From an uncultured virus (IMG/VR IMGVR_UViG_3300042568_000222) (lineage: Duplodnaviria; Heunggongvirae; Uroviricota; Caudoviricetes; Crassvirales), in IMG/VR virus record IMGVR_UViG_3300042568_000222: 20,000 nucleotides of DNA. One strand, written 5' to 3'. The translations under genes and the position numbers were made by a program. Under the pieces are notes generated by a model, which made no database searches, had not been told where the DNA came from, and saw only the letters and a program-made list of their open reading frames with translations. This document shows positions 1-10,300 of the stretch, in pieces. Positions within the stretch are counted from its first letter, which is position 1. The number at the start of each line of letters is the position of its first letter.

Positions 1-1
1 T

Positions 2-3000
2 AACAGACCTGTATCGATCTCCTCATTTGGAGTTAGCAAGAACGGAACTCCCATAGATGGAGATATGTACCTCGATGGTCAGACCGTTGTAGTGGACGAT
101 GGAAATACCATTTACGAACTTGGTAGTGCGGCAGAGATCTTGGACAAGCCAGCCAGTGAATTGGGCGTTACGTCCCAAAAGTCTGAAGTGACGATCACCC
201 CTGACGGGAGGTTTAACATAGAGGGGAAGAACTACGTATCGCAACTTGACCTCCCTACATATGGGATTGAATATGACGATGCGGGAAGACCGTTTAGGGT
301 GTCGCTGAAAGAAGCAGATGGGGAGCAGAGAATGATGATAGAGGGACAGAAAGCAGTTGATGCCGCCTACCAGATCCTTTTGCAGCAGGCTCAATCCCCT
401 CAACAAGCAGAACGTGTAAATCAAGCATTAGAACAAAATGAAGAATTCCAACGAGACTATGCAGCAGCAGCAGCAACAAGAGACACAGACAGGCTTGCAA
501 AACCTAGAAAAGTTGTTCCTGTTGCCCAAAGAAAAGCAAATCCAGTATCTAAGACAGGCGCTTCAGCAGCAACCGCAAGCAGAAATGTAAGGCGGTCGTT
601 TAAGAAGGTCACTCAAGATCTGCTTACGGCATCTACGCCACAGCAAACGGCGAAAGCCTTGAGCGACTACGACTTCCTCATCAACAATAACCTTACCCCT
701 ACCAGACAGGCACAGAAGGTCTACGATGAAGTCAAGAAACAATTTGAGGGTCAGGGATACACATACAACGATGGCATCTCTATAGGGGCGGAATACACGC
801 CTGAGATGGCAGCAGATATTACAGAACTGCCTTCAAACAATATCCCTGTAGGGAAGACGGTTGTCAGCGGCATCGTGGAGCCATCAGTTACGCAGAACGG
901 GGAGGTCGTGCAAAAGGCCAAGGTGGTTGCACATACGGGTGTAGGAAAGAAGAAGGGCGGCAAGAAGGCTATGAAGGAAGAGGATGGTGTGTTCATAGCG
1001 CAGAACAAGAAGCAGATGCAAGAGCTGCTGATCAACTTGTTTGGCCTTCCACCAGATCAAGCCAAGGCAGCAGCTGATGTCATGCACAACATGATTACGG
1101 TGAAGGCGAAGAGAGACGGGATATCCGTAGAGGATATGTACAACAAGATCGGTTGGACGCAGAGAGAAGACAAGCTCAACGCAAACATCAACGACAACGT
1201 ACCCCTGTTCCAGCCAGACCTCAAGCTGCCCAGCGGCATAAGCATCAGGTACAACAAGAACAAAGAGGCTTTTGAAATTCTTGAGCAAGACGGGTTTATC
1301 ACCAGAGACAAATCAATAACCGATTTCGATGGTTTTATGGCTGTCCACCAGCCAGACGATATGGGGGCCTTGGAGATTGCGGATGAAGAAGATAACGTAA
1401 TCGTCAAGGGCAAGGGTGGTATGTTCTGGGCTGTGTTGAATCATGGGCTGGGACACGTATGGGCTGCTGGAAACAAGAAGGCGGCTAACTCATTTGCCAA
1501 GTTGATCAATGACGCAGCCAGCAAGACTCCTGGCGGTCATGCACGTTTGGCACTAACCTCTGGTGGTAAGAGCAAGAACCTGTCGAATTACCTGTCGGCT
1601 CTGGGGATTGTAGACACAATCATATACTGGTCAAATAGCGACAAGTTTAACGTGTCGAAAGACAAGGTTAGAATACTGCTGAACGAAGCTACCTTGATGT
1701 TTGAGGACAAGCTCCTCAAGAAGATCAATGACCCAAAGGTTGATGAAGCCGAAAAGGCTGATATGCGTGCAACGCTTGATCTTTTGATTAAAGCCAATGT
1801 AAACCCAAACACACCCATAGAGCAGACACGTGCATTGCTTGTAGAGGCACTTCGTCCGCCTCTTTCGTTTGGCGACAGAAGGTTGTTTGTGGATGCTGTA
1901 TTTAGAGGGATCAACAATTCCATTGCAGACATAGAATCTGTAAATCAGATCATTGGGTTCTTCAGAGATGGTATGGAAAACCCATACTTCAAAACCAAGT
2001 ACCAGAAAGAAGGGAAGGAATCCTACTCAGTTCCTTTGGCTGCATTGGAAGATGGGTTCTCATGGATGCTTGCAGAACCGTACATCAGAGACATTTCTAG
2101 AAACAACAAAGGGACTGGTTATGTGTACGCTGTTGTAGAAGTAGAGAGACCCAACGGCATGAGTCCAACTGAGCCACTTGTACGTGCAAGAAGAGACGAC
2201 TCACACGAAGCTTACCCATACCTGATTGAAACGGTTAACAATGACATCAACGTCAAGTTGCATATCCTAAAGGACAATATGCACTGGCAAGAGATATTTG
2301 GGAATCCTGCAACGAATGACCTGCTTTATAGCCAAGACGATCCATATAACGCAGCTGAACTCGCTGAACTGAACACAATAGACAAACTGTTTAAGGATAA
2401 AAAATCAAAGCGAGGTCTTACTAAAGCACAGAAGGCCAGACAGGAGTACTTGAAAACTGCTTCGAGACTGTTCCCACCCACGTCTGGGGTGAGTATGGCT
2501 CCACTCCCGATTGTCGAGTCAGTTCGTCAAAAGGCTATAGCGGCAGCCCAAGGTAACCCTGTAGAGTCTACTCCGATCAAACCAAACTACAGCGCAACAC
2601 AGACAGACAACAGGGCTGAGGTAGTAGACGTTAACGGCAATCCCGTTTACTTTCAGAACCGCAGAGCAGCAGTACTTATCCAAGAAAACAAGTACACCAT
2701 CTTCGCCCTCACCAATCCAGACGTGTCCTCTCCTATCCACGAGATGGCACACATCTTCGAGGATTCGTTGACGGCTGATGAGAGAAACAGCGTACTGACT
2801 TGGGCGGGCCATTCAGAATGGACGGTAGAGACCAGCGAGATGTTTGCTTCTGGAGCAGAGAAGTTCATCCACGAAGGAGTCTCCGCTGATCCGAAGGTCA
2901 AGAAAGTCTTCCAGAAGTTCGTTGACTGGTTGGAGACAATCTACATGGGTATCAAGGGTAGCCCACTTGAGTTGCAGTTGAACGATGATATGCGTGCTAT

Positions 3001-5782
3001 CTACGAGCGCATCTTCAATCCCAGCAACTTAGACAACGTAACCCACGAGTACGGAGAAGAGTCTGGTGCTATGCAAGACAGGACGCTAAACCAAGGTCCT
3101 GTGAACTCCAGCGAATGGGTTCCTCGCAACCTTAGTTACTTCCAAGAAAGTGTCATCAGCTTTAGGAAGTTCTGGCAATCAAGCATGGCTAGACTTCTGG
3201 ATGTACAGGATCGTATTGTTTCGTCTCAAGGCGATCTCGTTCCTATAGAACAGGACTTCAGATTGCGTAGAGACCTCATGCCTCAGAGGGTAGCATACAG
3301 GCAGGAGGCTGTGTTTGAAAGACTCAACCAATACGCTGAGATGCTGAAGGCTGCAAAGCTTACTAACGAAGATGTACACGCCTATCTCATGCTTGCCCAC
3401 GCAGACGAACGCGATGCCCTCGTGTTGTCTAGAGACGGTATAGAGTTTGGGTCTGGATTAACGCCAGATAGAAGGGTTGAAATGATTGAGCAAATTGCAG
3501 GTAAGGAGGAGGCGATAAAGCCAATCGCAGATATGCTGTATAAGGAGATCAAGATTGCACAGTCTCATCTTGTTGATTATCAGCTTGAAAGCCAAAGCAC
3601 CATTGATGCTTGGAACCAGATGTTCTCTAACTACGTTCCTCTTGATGGTATTGCCGCAGACGAAAGCAGCACGGTTGAGTCGCTGTACCCCAGAGGCGGA
3701 ACTGGTCTTGCTGTTAAAGGCAAGATGTTCAAGAGAATTAAGGGTAGAAAAACGGAGGTAAGCAATATCCCTGCAAACATCTTCAACCTGTCAGCTCAGG
3801 TCATTGCCAAGGGCGAGAAGAACAATGTGATGCAGTCTTTGGCTGCTTTGGTAAACAACAACAAAGCGCCAGAGTTCTGGGAAATCATCTCTAAACCAGA
3901 GTACGAGAACAAGTTGAGCAAGGATGACAAGAAGAAGGCTGTAGAGTTTCGTTACAAGGGGAAGCAGTTCTATGTCTCCTTCAAGGGCAGGTATGGAGAA
4001 AGTCTTTCTAGATCACTCCAGAATATGGATGTTGTGAAGGTGGATAAGTTCTCAAAGCTTATGTCTCAACTGTTTATCAGCGTCATACGTAAGACTACAA
4101 CTACAGCTTCTCCTACGTTCTTTATCCCAAACAGCATCAGGGACTTTGAGCAAGCAATCATCTTTGCGATCAACGAGAGTGAAATCGAAGGAGGCTACAT
4201 CTTTGGTACTGAGTTTGGCACAGGAGACTTTATAAAAGCTACAGCCCAAACTGCTTTTGAACTCTTCACGACAATGAAGAAGGGTAGCATGAAGCAGGAG
4301 TACAGAGATCGGTATGAGGAGTATGTTTCTTTAGGCGGAAAGACAGGCTTTTCTCAAGCAAACAATCTGCAAGATGTAATAGAAAAGATTGATGACCTTT
4401 TGGCTACTGGAACTGCTGCGGACATAAAGAAAATGGGGGCTAAGGTGTACGAGTACACCATCGGGGTAATTGAGAACATAAACGAAAGGTTTGAAGATTC
4501 TATCAGGCTTGCAACTTATATCGCTGCTGTTCGGGCTGGAGCAGACAAGGAGCGAGCGGCTCAACTAGCTAAGAACGTCACGGTTAACTTCAACGAGTCT
4601 GGTGACTTCACCCATACTATGGGTTCTCACTATATCTTCTTTAACGCTGGCGTGCAAGGCGTTCGCAACTCATTCAGACTTCTGACGAAACTCAAGCCGC
4701 CAGTAAAAAGGAACGGTGAATCACGTGAGTGGTATGAGCGGATTAGCCCTGGACAAAAGTCGTTGGCTTCTTTCGCTGCGTTGGGTCTCATGATAACGAT
4801 GTACAACCTGTCCATGTCTGATGAAGACGAGTCTGGCACAGAGGAGTACGCTCAGATTGATGACTTCTACAAGCAGAGATCGATCATACTTATGGGCGGG
4901 GAGAATAGAATTCAAGTCCCTCTGTCTTATGGACTTAGCCCCTATTACAACCTTGGGGTTATTATGGCTGAATCTGCCGCTGGATTGAGGAATCCGTGGG
5001 AAGCCACTGCGTTTATGGCTGAATCAATCATAACTGGCTTCTCTCCCATGTCCATTGCCACAAACTCAGAGACGCTCGAAGGGAAGATTTTCCGCACCGT
5101 TGTTCCATCCTACATCAAGGCGGGTATAGAGAATGCTTTGAACGAGAACTACAAAGGGGAGAAGTTCTTGCGTGAACGTATGCCAGGCGAAACCACCCCA
5201 AGTTCACAGCTCTCAAAGAATGCCCCCGATTGGATGAGGGAGGTGTTTAAGGATATAAATGAACTGACTGGTGGAAGTGTTGAACGATCTGGAGCCATTG
5301 ACGCAAACCCAGACTACATCTGGCACTGGATGGAATCTTACTACGGTGGGCTTGGAAACACCATTGGCAAGACAGCAAAGACTGGAAGGGCTTTGTTTGA
5401 GGGCGCTCCTGTGTCCCCGTATGATGTCCCGTTGATGTCAACTGTGTACAAGGAGAAGTCCCGTACATACCACCCAAGATTGTACAGGGAGCGTAAGCTT
5501 GAGGTACAACAACTGTACGACGAGTACAACAACCCAGAAGCTAGACAGCCAGATCCTACGAAGCAGTTGTATAGAGGTGTCGGAACCTTGAACAACGAAA
5601 TCAAGCAGGTAGAGAAGACGATGAAGGAACTGCGTAGACAAGAGCGTCTGGTGAGAAACTCTATGACGATGGACTATGCAGAGAAGCAGAACCGACTGAC
5701 AGATATAAGAGACGCGCAGTTTAGAGTGTACTTACTATTTAACAAGATGTACAATGAAACGAGAGGGCAGGAAGAAAATTAA
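2..5782 (+). CDS. Giant phage polyvalent / internal virion (ejection) protein, 5'-truncated; GrpE-like segment, HExxH zincin motif, C-terminal LPD38-like domain
   Basis: The frame is open from base 2 (NRPVSISSFG...) with no stop before the ATG at 65, so the true start is probably upstream of the window. NPDVSSPIHEMAHIF (HEMAH at 2738-2752) followed by EMFASGAEKFIHEG resembles the metallopeptidase-like domain of polyvalent proteins. AAQLAKNVTVNFNESG..YIFFNAGVQG, IQVPLSYG and IENALNENYKGEKF resemble LPD38-containing phage proteins. Confidence 0.75.
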   Translation, partial: NRPVSISSFGVSKNGTPIDGDMYLDGQTVVVDDGNTIYELGSAAEILDKPASELGVTSQKSEVTITPDGRFNIEGKNYVSQLDLPTYGIEYDDAGRPFRVSLKEADGEQRMMIEGQKAVDAAYQILLQQAQSPQQAERVNQALEQNEEFQRDYAAAAATRDTDRLAKPRKVVPVAQRKANPVSKTGASAATASRNVRRSFKKVTQDLLTASTPQQTAKALSDYDFLINNNLTPTRQAQKVYDEVKKQFEGQGYTYNDGISIGAEYTPEMAADITELPSNNIPVGKTVVSGIVEPSVTQNGEVVQKAKVVAHTGVGKKKGGKKAMKEEDGVFIAQNKKQMQELLINLFGLPPDQAKAAADVMHNMITVKAKRDGISVEDMYNKIGWTQREDKLNANINDNVPLFQPDLKLPSGISIRYNKNKEAFEILEQDGFITRDKSITDFDGFMAVHQPDDMGALEIADEEDNVIVKGKGGMFWAVLNHGLGHVWAAGNKKAANSFAKLINDAASKTPGGHARLALTSGGKSKNLSNYLSALGIVDTIIYWSNSDKFNVSKDKVRILLNEATLMFEDKLLKKINDPKVDEAEKADMRATLDLLIKANVNPNTPIEQTRALLVEALRPPLSFGDRRLFVDAVFRGINNSIADIESVNQIIGFFRDGMENPYFKTKYQKEGKESYSVPLAALEDGFSWMLAEPYIRDISRNNKGTGYVYAVVEVERPNGMSPTEPLVRARRDDSHEAYPYLIETVNNDINVKLHILKDNMHWQEIFGNPATNDLLYSQDDPYNAAELAELNTIDKLFKDKKSKRGLTKAQKARQEYLKTASRLFPPTSGVSMAPLPIVESVRQKAIAAAQGNPVESTPIKPNYSATQTDNRAEVVDVNGNPVYFQNRRAAVLIQENKYTIFALTNPDVSSPIHEMAHIFEDSLTADERNSVLTWAGHSEWTVETSEMFASGAEKFIHEGVSADPKVKKVFQKFVDWLETIYMGIKGSPLELQLNDDMRAIYERIFNPSNLDNVTHEYGEESGAMQDRTLNQGPVNSSEWVPRNLSYFQESVISFRKFWQSSMARLLDVQDRIVSSQGDLVPIEQDFRLRRDLMPQRVAYRQEAVFERLNQYAEMLKAAKLTNEDVHAYLMLAHADERDALVLSRDGIEFGSGLTPDRRVEMIEQIAGKEEAIKPIADMLYKEIKIAQSHLVDYQLESQSTIDAWNQMFSNYVPLDGIAADESSTVESLYPRGGTGLAVKGKMFKRIKGRKTEVSNIPANIFNLSAQVIAKGEKNNVMQSLAALVNNNKAPEFWEIISKPEYENKLSKDDKKKAVEFRYKGKQFYVSFKGRYGESLSRSLQNMDVVKVDKFSKLMSQLFISVIRKTTTTASPTFFIPNSIRDFEQAIIFAINESEIEGGYIFGTEFGTGDFIKATAQTAFELFTTMKKGSMKQEYRDRYEEYVSLGGKTGFSQANNLQDVIEKIDDLLATGTAADIKKMGAKVYEYTIGVIENINERFEDSIRLATYIAAVRAGADKERAAQLAKNVTVNFNESGDFTHTMGSHYIFFNAGVQGVRNSFRLLTKLKPPVKRNGESREWYERISPGQKSLASFAALGLMITMYNLSMSDEDESGTEEYAQIDDFYKQRSIILMGGENRIQVPLSYGLSPYYNLGVIMAESAAGLRNPWEATAFMAESIITGFSPMSIATNSETLEGKIFRTVVPSYIKAGIENALNENYKGEKFLRERMPGETTPSSQLSKNAPDWMREVFKDINELTGGSVERSGAIDANPDYIWHWMESYYGGLGNTIGKTAKTGRALFEGAPVSPYDVPLMSTVYKEKSRTYHPRLYRERKLEVQQLYDEYNNPEARQPDPTKQLYRGVGTLNNEIKQVEKTMKELRRQERLVRNSMTMDYAEKQNRLTDIRDAQFRVYLLFNKMYNETRGQEEN

Positions 5783-6218
5783 AGATACCAAGGTGGGAAC
5801 TTGGTTGAAGGAAAAGGCTCCTGGGGTTCTTGATACTGTAGGTGACCTTCTCCCCGACAACGGGGCATTGGGGGTGGTCAAGCGGCTCATTGATCTTGAA
5901 CCAAATATGACGGCTCAAGAGAAAATGGAGTTTGAGAAGATGCTGCTTGATTATGAGGCCAATGCACAGGATAACGTGACTGAAAGATGGAAGGCAGACA
6001 TGATGTCTGACTCATGGCTTTCTAAGAACATCAGACCCATGATGTTGGTGTTCCTTGTTTTATCATTTACTATATTTGCTTTGTTTGACAGCATAGACAA
6101 AATAAACTTTAGCGTTAAGGATGTCTATGTTGACACGATGGGTATACTTATGACTACAGCCTTTACAGCATACTTTGCTGGAAGGTCTTATGAAAAGGTT
6201 CAAATTAAACGAAGATGA
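5754..6218 (+). CDS. Putative holin (GTA_holin_3TM-like)
   Basis: NVTERWKADMMSDSWLSKNIRP followed by two hydrophobic helices and AYFAGRSYEK, the pattern of this holin family. Basic C-terminus. Confidence 0.75.
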   Translation: MKREGRKKIKDTKVGTWLKEKAPGVLDTVGDLLPDNGALGVVKRLIDLEPNMTAQEKMEFEKMLLDYEANAQDNVTERWKADMMSDSWLSKNIRPMMLVFLVLSFTIFALFDSIDKINFSVKDVYVDTMGILMTTAFTAYFAGRSYEKVQIKRR

Positions 6219-7366
6219 TACGGTTCTTTCTCTTGTCGGCGCTCATCACTCTCGCGCAAGTGCTTCCAGCACAAGAAGAGTGTTTTGTGATGGGGCCACA
6301 GGAGGATGTACTTCCAAAGAACCATGCGAAGAATAGAACTGCCTATTCTCAAAAACAAATCAAGTGCGTTGTGCATATCCTTTGGGATACAGCCTTCGCC
6401 AACAGCATGATTCCAGAGGATGTCATTGTTGATGCTATGGATCAACTTAATGTAGACTTCGATGGGACAGACATCTCGTTTACGTTAGAAGACATTGACT
6501 ACACGAACCTGAACAACTTCACGTGGGCATCTTCATACAGAGCAAGTAACGGCGTTTGCTTCCCTCAGTATGGGACGCAGATGGCTCAGTGGACCAATAT
6601 GGTTAGATGGAATACGGCAGAGTACTGCAACATCTACGTTGCCCCAGACCTCTGCTCATCGATCCTTGGTTTTGCATGGGTCACATACCTTCCGTATAGC
6701 GTGTTGGATGGGGTGTGGGTGGAGACGGAGGTGATGGGGACATACGGGCCTCACCTCACATTCAGGTTTGAGAATGAAACTCTTACTCACGAGGTTGGTC
6801 ACTACTGTGGACTGCATCATGTGTTTAAGAACGGCGCAAGCGCCATCTCTAACTGCGGTCAATACCTAGGCCCTTGCGAACACAGCGGAGACTACGTGTG
6901 CGACACGCCTCCTACAAAGGTTAGCCAAGGCTGTCCAGATGTTCCAGGGTATCATTGCCCATTGATGAATTACGGAGGGGTGCAGTTCTACCCCAACAAT
7001 CATATGGACTACTGCCCAGAAGAATGCAGAGACGTGTTTACGGACGGACAGATAGAGCGTATGCACGCCATGCTTGAATACCAGAGGTCTGAATTGTTTT
7101 CTGATGATGTATTCTGTTTTGGTGATCTGAATGGAGATTGCCACGTAGGTACAAACGACCTTCTGGTAATTTTATCAAATATAGGCTGTGAATTCTGTAC
7201 CGAAGGGGACATTGATTTAGACCACATGGTCACGTCAAATGACATACTATATTTATTGAATGTATATGGTCAGCAGTGCAATTGTGACCAGATAATGACT
7301 CCAGAGCTAGTAGGCACAAAGCCAGAGAATATACACGAACTACTTGAAAAACTGAATAGACAATGA
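6215..7366 (+). CDS. Secreted M43 (pappalysin/ulilysin-like) zinc metalloprotease with C-terminal dockerin-like Ca-binding repeats
   Basis: N-terminal signal-like MIRFFLLSALITLAQVLPAQ. Metzincin motif HEVGHYCGLHH (6788-6820), GDYVCDTPP and Met-turn NNHMDY. C-terminal GDLNGDCHVGTNDLL / GDIDLDHMVTSNDIL repeats. ATGA overlaps with both neighbours. Confidence 0.88.
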   Translation: MIRFFLLSALITLAQVLPAQEECFVMGPQEDVLPKNHAKNRTAYSQKQIKCVVHILWDTAFANSMIPEDVIVDAMDQLNVDFDGTDISFTLEDIDYTNLNNFTWASSYRASNGVCFPQYGTQMAQWTNMVRWNTAEYCNIYVAPDLCSSILGFAWVTYLPYSVLDGVWVETEVMGTYGPHLTFRFENETLTHEVGHYCGLHHVFKNGASAISNCGQYLGPCEHSGDYVCDTPPTKVSQGCPDVPGYHCPLMNYGGVQFYPNNHMDYCPEECRDVFTDGQIERMHAMLEYQRSELFSDDVFCFGDLNGDCHVGTNDLLVILSNIGCEFCTEGDIDLDHMVTSNDILYLLNVYGQQCNCDQIMTPELVGTKPENIHELLEKLNRQ

Positions 7367-10300
7367 GACCAAGGAAGCGGTATAAGGTTGGTTATAACGA
7401 GCAGATTAAGGACAACGCCAAGAGCGCATATCTTATTAAAGAATCCCTGAACAAGGGTACGCTGAAGCCGCCATCCGACGCGATGGTCGATCCGTCTGGC
7501 AACCCGTACGTCTTTGCCCTTCCTGCCGCTATTGTTGGGGAGGAGTACACGCGTGACGAACAGGGTAGAATTACATTCTCGTCTCCCCTGCAAAGGAGCA
7601 ACTACTTCTACAACAGGAACCTTGGGGAAGAGGGGATTAGCCAGGCCAGGGAGATGGAGGCATCGGTACGAGAGGGGACTACCAATGCCGTTCAAGGTGC
7701 ATTGCAAGCTTATGCTGCCTTCTCTGAGCCTCTGGGCTATTTGCAGAAGGCGCTGGTTACAGCGCCATTGGCGCAAGCTATGGGCAAGCTGGATGAAGTG
7801 AATCTTAATCCTGTGGCTATGCTTTCTGGGCAAGACCCAGGTATCTCATCACCTTCAGAAGCACTGGGCATTGAGAATCCTATCGGGGCGTTTGCTGTAG
7901 ACGCTCTTACAGACCCATTGAACTTTGCAGGTGCAGGTCTATTATCTGCAATCAGGAAGCAGCGAATGAAGGGCGCTGACATCCCGTTCGATCTGCCAGA
8001 AGGAGTTGGGGGAGGTGGCCCACCTCGAAACCTGCCTAGCGGGGATGGAGGAACCCCGAAGAAGAAGCCAAACAGATACCTCCCAGCACCGCTTGGAGAT
8101 AACGCATTTGTACCTAAGTCATTGATGGATCAGGGTATTTTGGCAAAACAAGCTAGGCCAGACGGAACATTGCCAGCAAGCGCTTTCGCAAACACCATGA
8201 ACAGCGATAACCTATCTGCTGGGGACAAAACATATATCAGGAGAGCTTTAGAGTTAACGCCAGAAGCAGTTAACAATAAGGGAGATGTAAATCTTGATCT
8301 TTTGAGGGTAGCGGTTCACAACCTATATAACCCAAAAGTAACCACAACTGAAAAATTTGCTAATTATAACATAGAAGCTATTAGATCGCCAGAAAGAGGA
8401 TCGATAACATTTGATGGGCTTGAAGCCGTTGACACGAATGATGCGGACCAAGTGCTTGTTGAACTAAAAAACTCTGGCATAAACATAGACGAAGATGTTT
8501 ATGACAATGTAGTTTATCCGCTTACCAGATGGGGAAATAAAAATCTTGTGTTTGGAGATGATTTAACTGGAAACAAGCTGAAACCATTGTCAGATTATAT
8601 CGATCCGTTTTCATTGGTTGAAAAAACGACAAGTCACATGATGGAATCGGTATTTAGCAAGCCATTAACCGATAAAAATGGAAGAAAATTACCAGATAAT
8701 TTGCAAACAACGCTAGGTCCATTCATAAAGTTTGAATATGGAGAATTTGTACCAAATTTTTCTGGTAACTACGAAAGCGAAATATTTCCAATTCTTAGTG
8801 AAGTAGCTGATCATGAACAGAAGAAAGTGATAATAAACGAGTTTGCCAAGTCGGCTAACGACATGAGCTACATTACAGAAAGGATAAGCGAATATGATCC
8901 TGAAGAATTTAGTCAAGTTATTTCTCAATTAGACGAAGATTTATTTTCTCCAGAAAATTCTCAATCGCTTAAAGAAGCTGTAATTGAAAGTCACCCAATT
9001 TTAAGCATTACAGAAAATTTAGACTTTGATTTTGATAATGCGTTTCTTGGAAGGTTGATTTTAAAAAAACTTGAAGACATTGACAATCCAGGGTCTAGGG
9101 CAAACTTTAGAAAACTATTTGACGACGATGATATAAACTATGAGGACATACCAAATGCGTATTTAAAAGAAGAAAGCTATAATTTTGGAAATTTTTTGAA
9201 TTTTTTAATGGATGATCAATCAGATAGTAAGGAAACAAAAGTTTTTAACGCTAAACAAAACGCCATTAATTCGTCTCGGTCTAGATTAGAAACTGCAATT
9301 AGTCGTTTAAATGATTACTATTATGGCTTAGATCATATACAAAAATTAAGAACCGAATTAGGCCGCCAAGTAGAAGGGCTGTCTACTAATGCGTATTTGC
9401 CAGGAGGTGTTAAAAAAGAAATAATTTCGTTTCTTTTAGGAACGTCTAGCAATCCATTCGATCAAGATAATTTGATCACACTTGATATTAATTCAGAACA
9501 AATTAAATATTATGAAAATCCACTTGCATATTTTACTTTAGAAAAAAGGCCAATTGAACACATTGCAGAATATCTAACAGCAAGAAATGGCCGAAATATA
9601 ATGAACGATAATGATGTATACAGCTTTATAGATTTCCTGTCTAAACTGGGGCTTAAAATTCCAGATGGATTAGAGGACCTTCATTTTCAAATAGCTAACG
9701 AGGTTAAAAATGTTGCTATTACGCTTAGCAACATTGAAAGATATTTTGAGAATTCTATGTTAGGTTTAAATGAATTATTTCTTGCCTCTTCAAATAATTC
9801 ATTCTTAAATGCTGAAGTTTCACCTACTAAGCTATCTAAATCGTTAAATTACATAACATATATGTCGGAGACAGCGAAAGCCCTTAAAAATGTAAAACAA
9901 CGCAAGCTGTCACAAAGAAATAAAGCCTTACAAAGCCTTGTTGAGAAGGGCAAAGACCCATCAAAAATAAATGTTGGCAGAACTGTGTTCTTACTTTCAG
10001 CAAATTCGATGTTGACTGAAAGTGGTTTTAGAGGTCCAAAACAATCCGACGTTTTTAACGATGAATTGCAGATGTTTATGCACGAAGGTACGCACTGGAA
10101 AGGCACTGAATCTCCAGAAGCGTGGGGTCACATTAGGGTGAATGTAGACTTAGAATATCCAGAAGTACTTCAAGTGCATGAATCTCAATCTGATTTGTTT
10201 CAAACTGGCAAAAGGTATGTTGAAATGGGGATCAATAGGCCAAGAAGTGAGTTTAATGAGTTTGAGGCCCCGTTTTTAAAGCAATTAAAAGATGTAGAGA

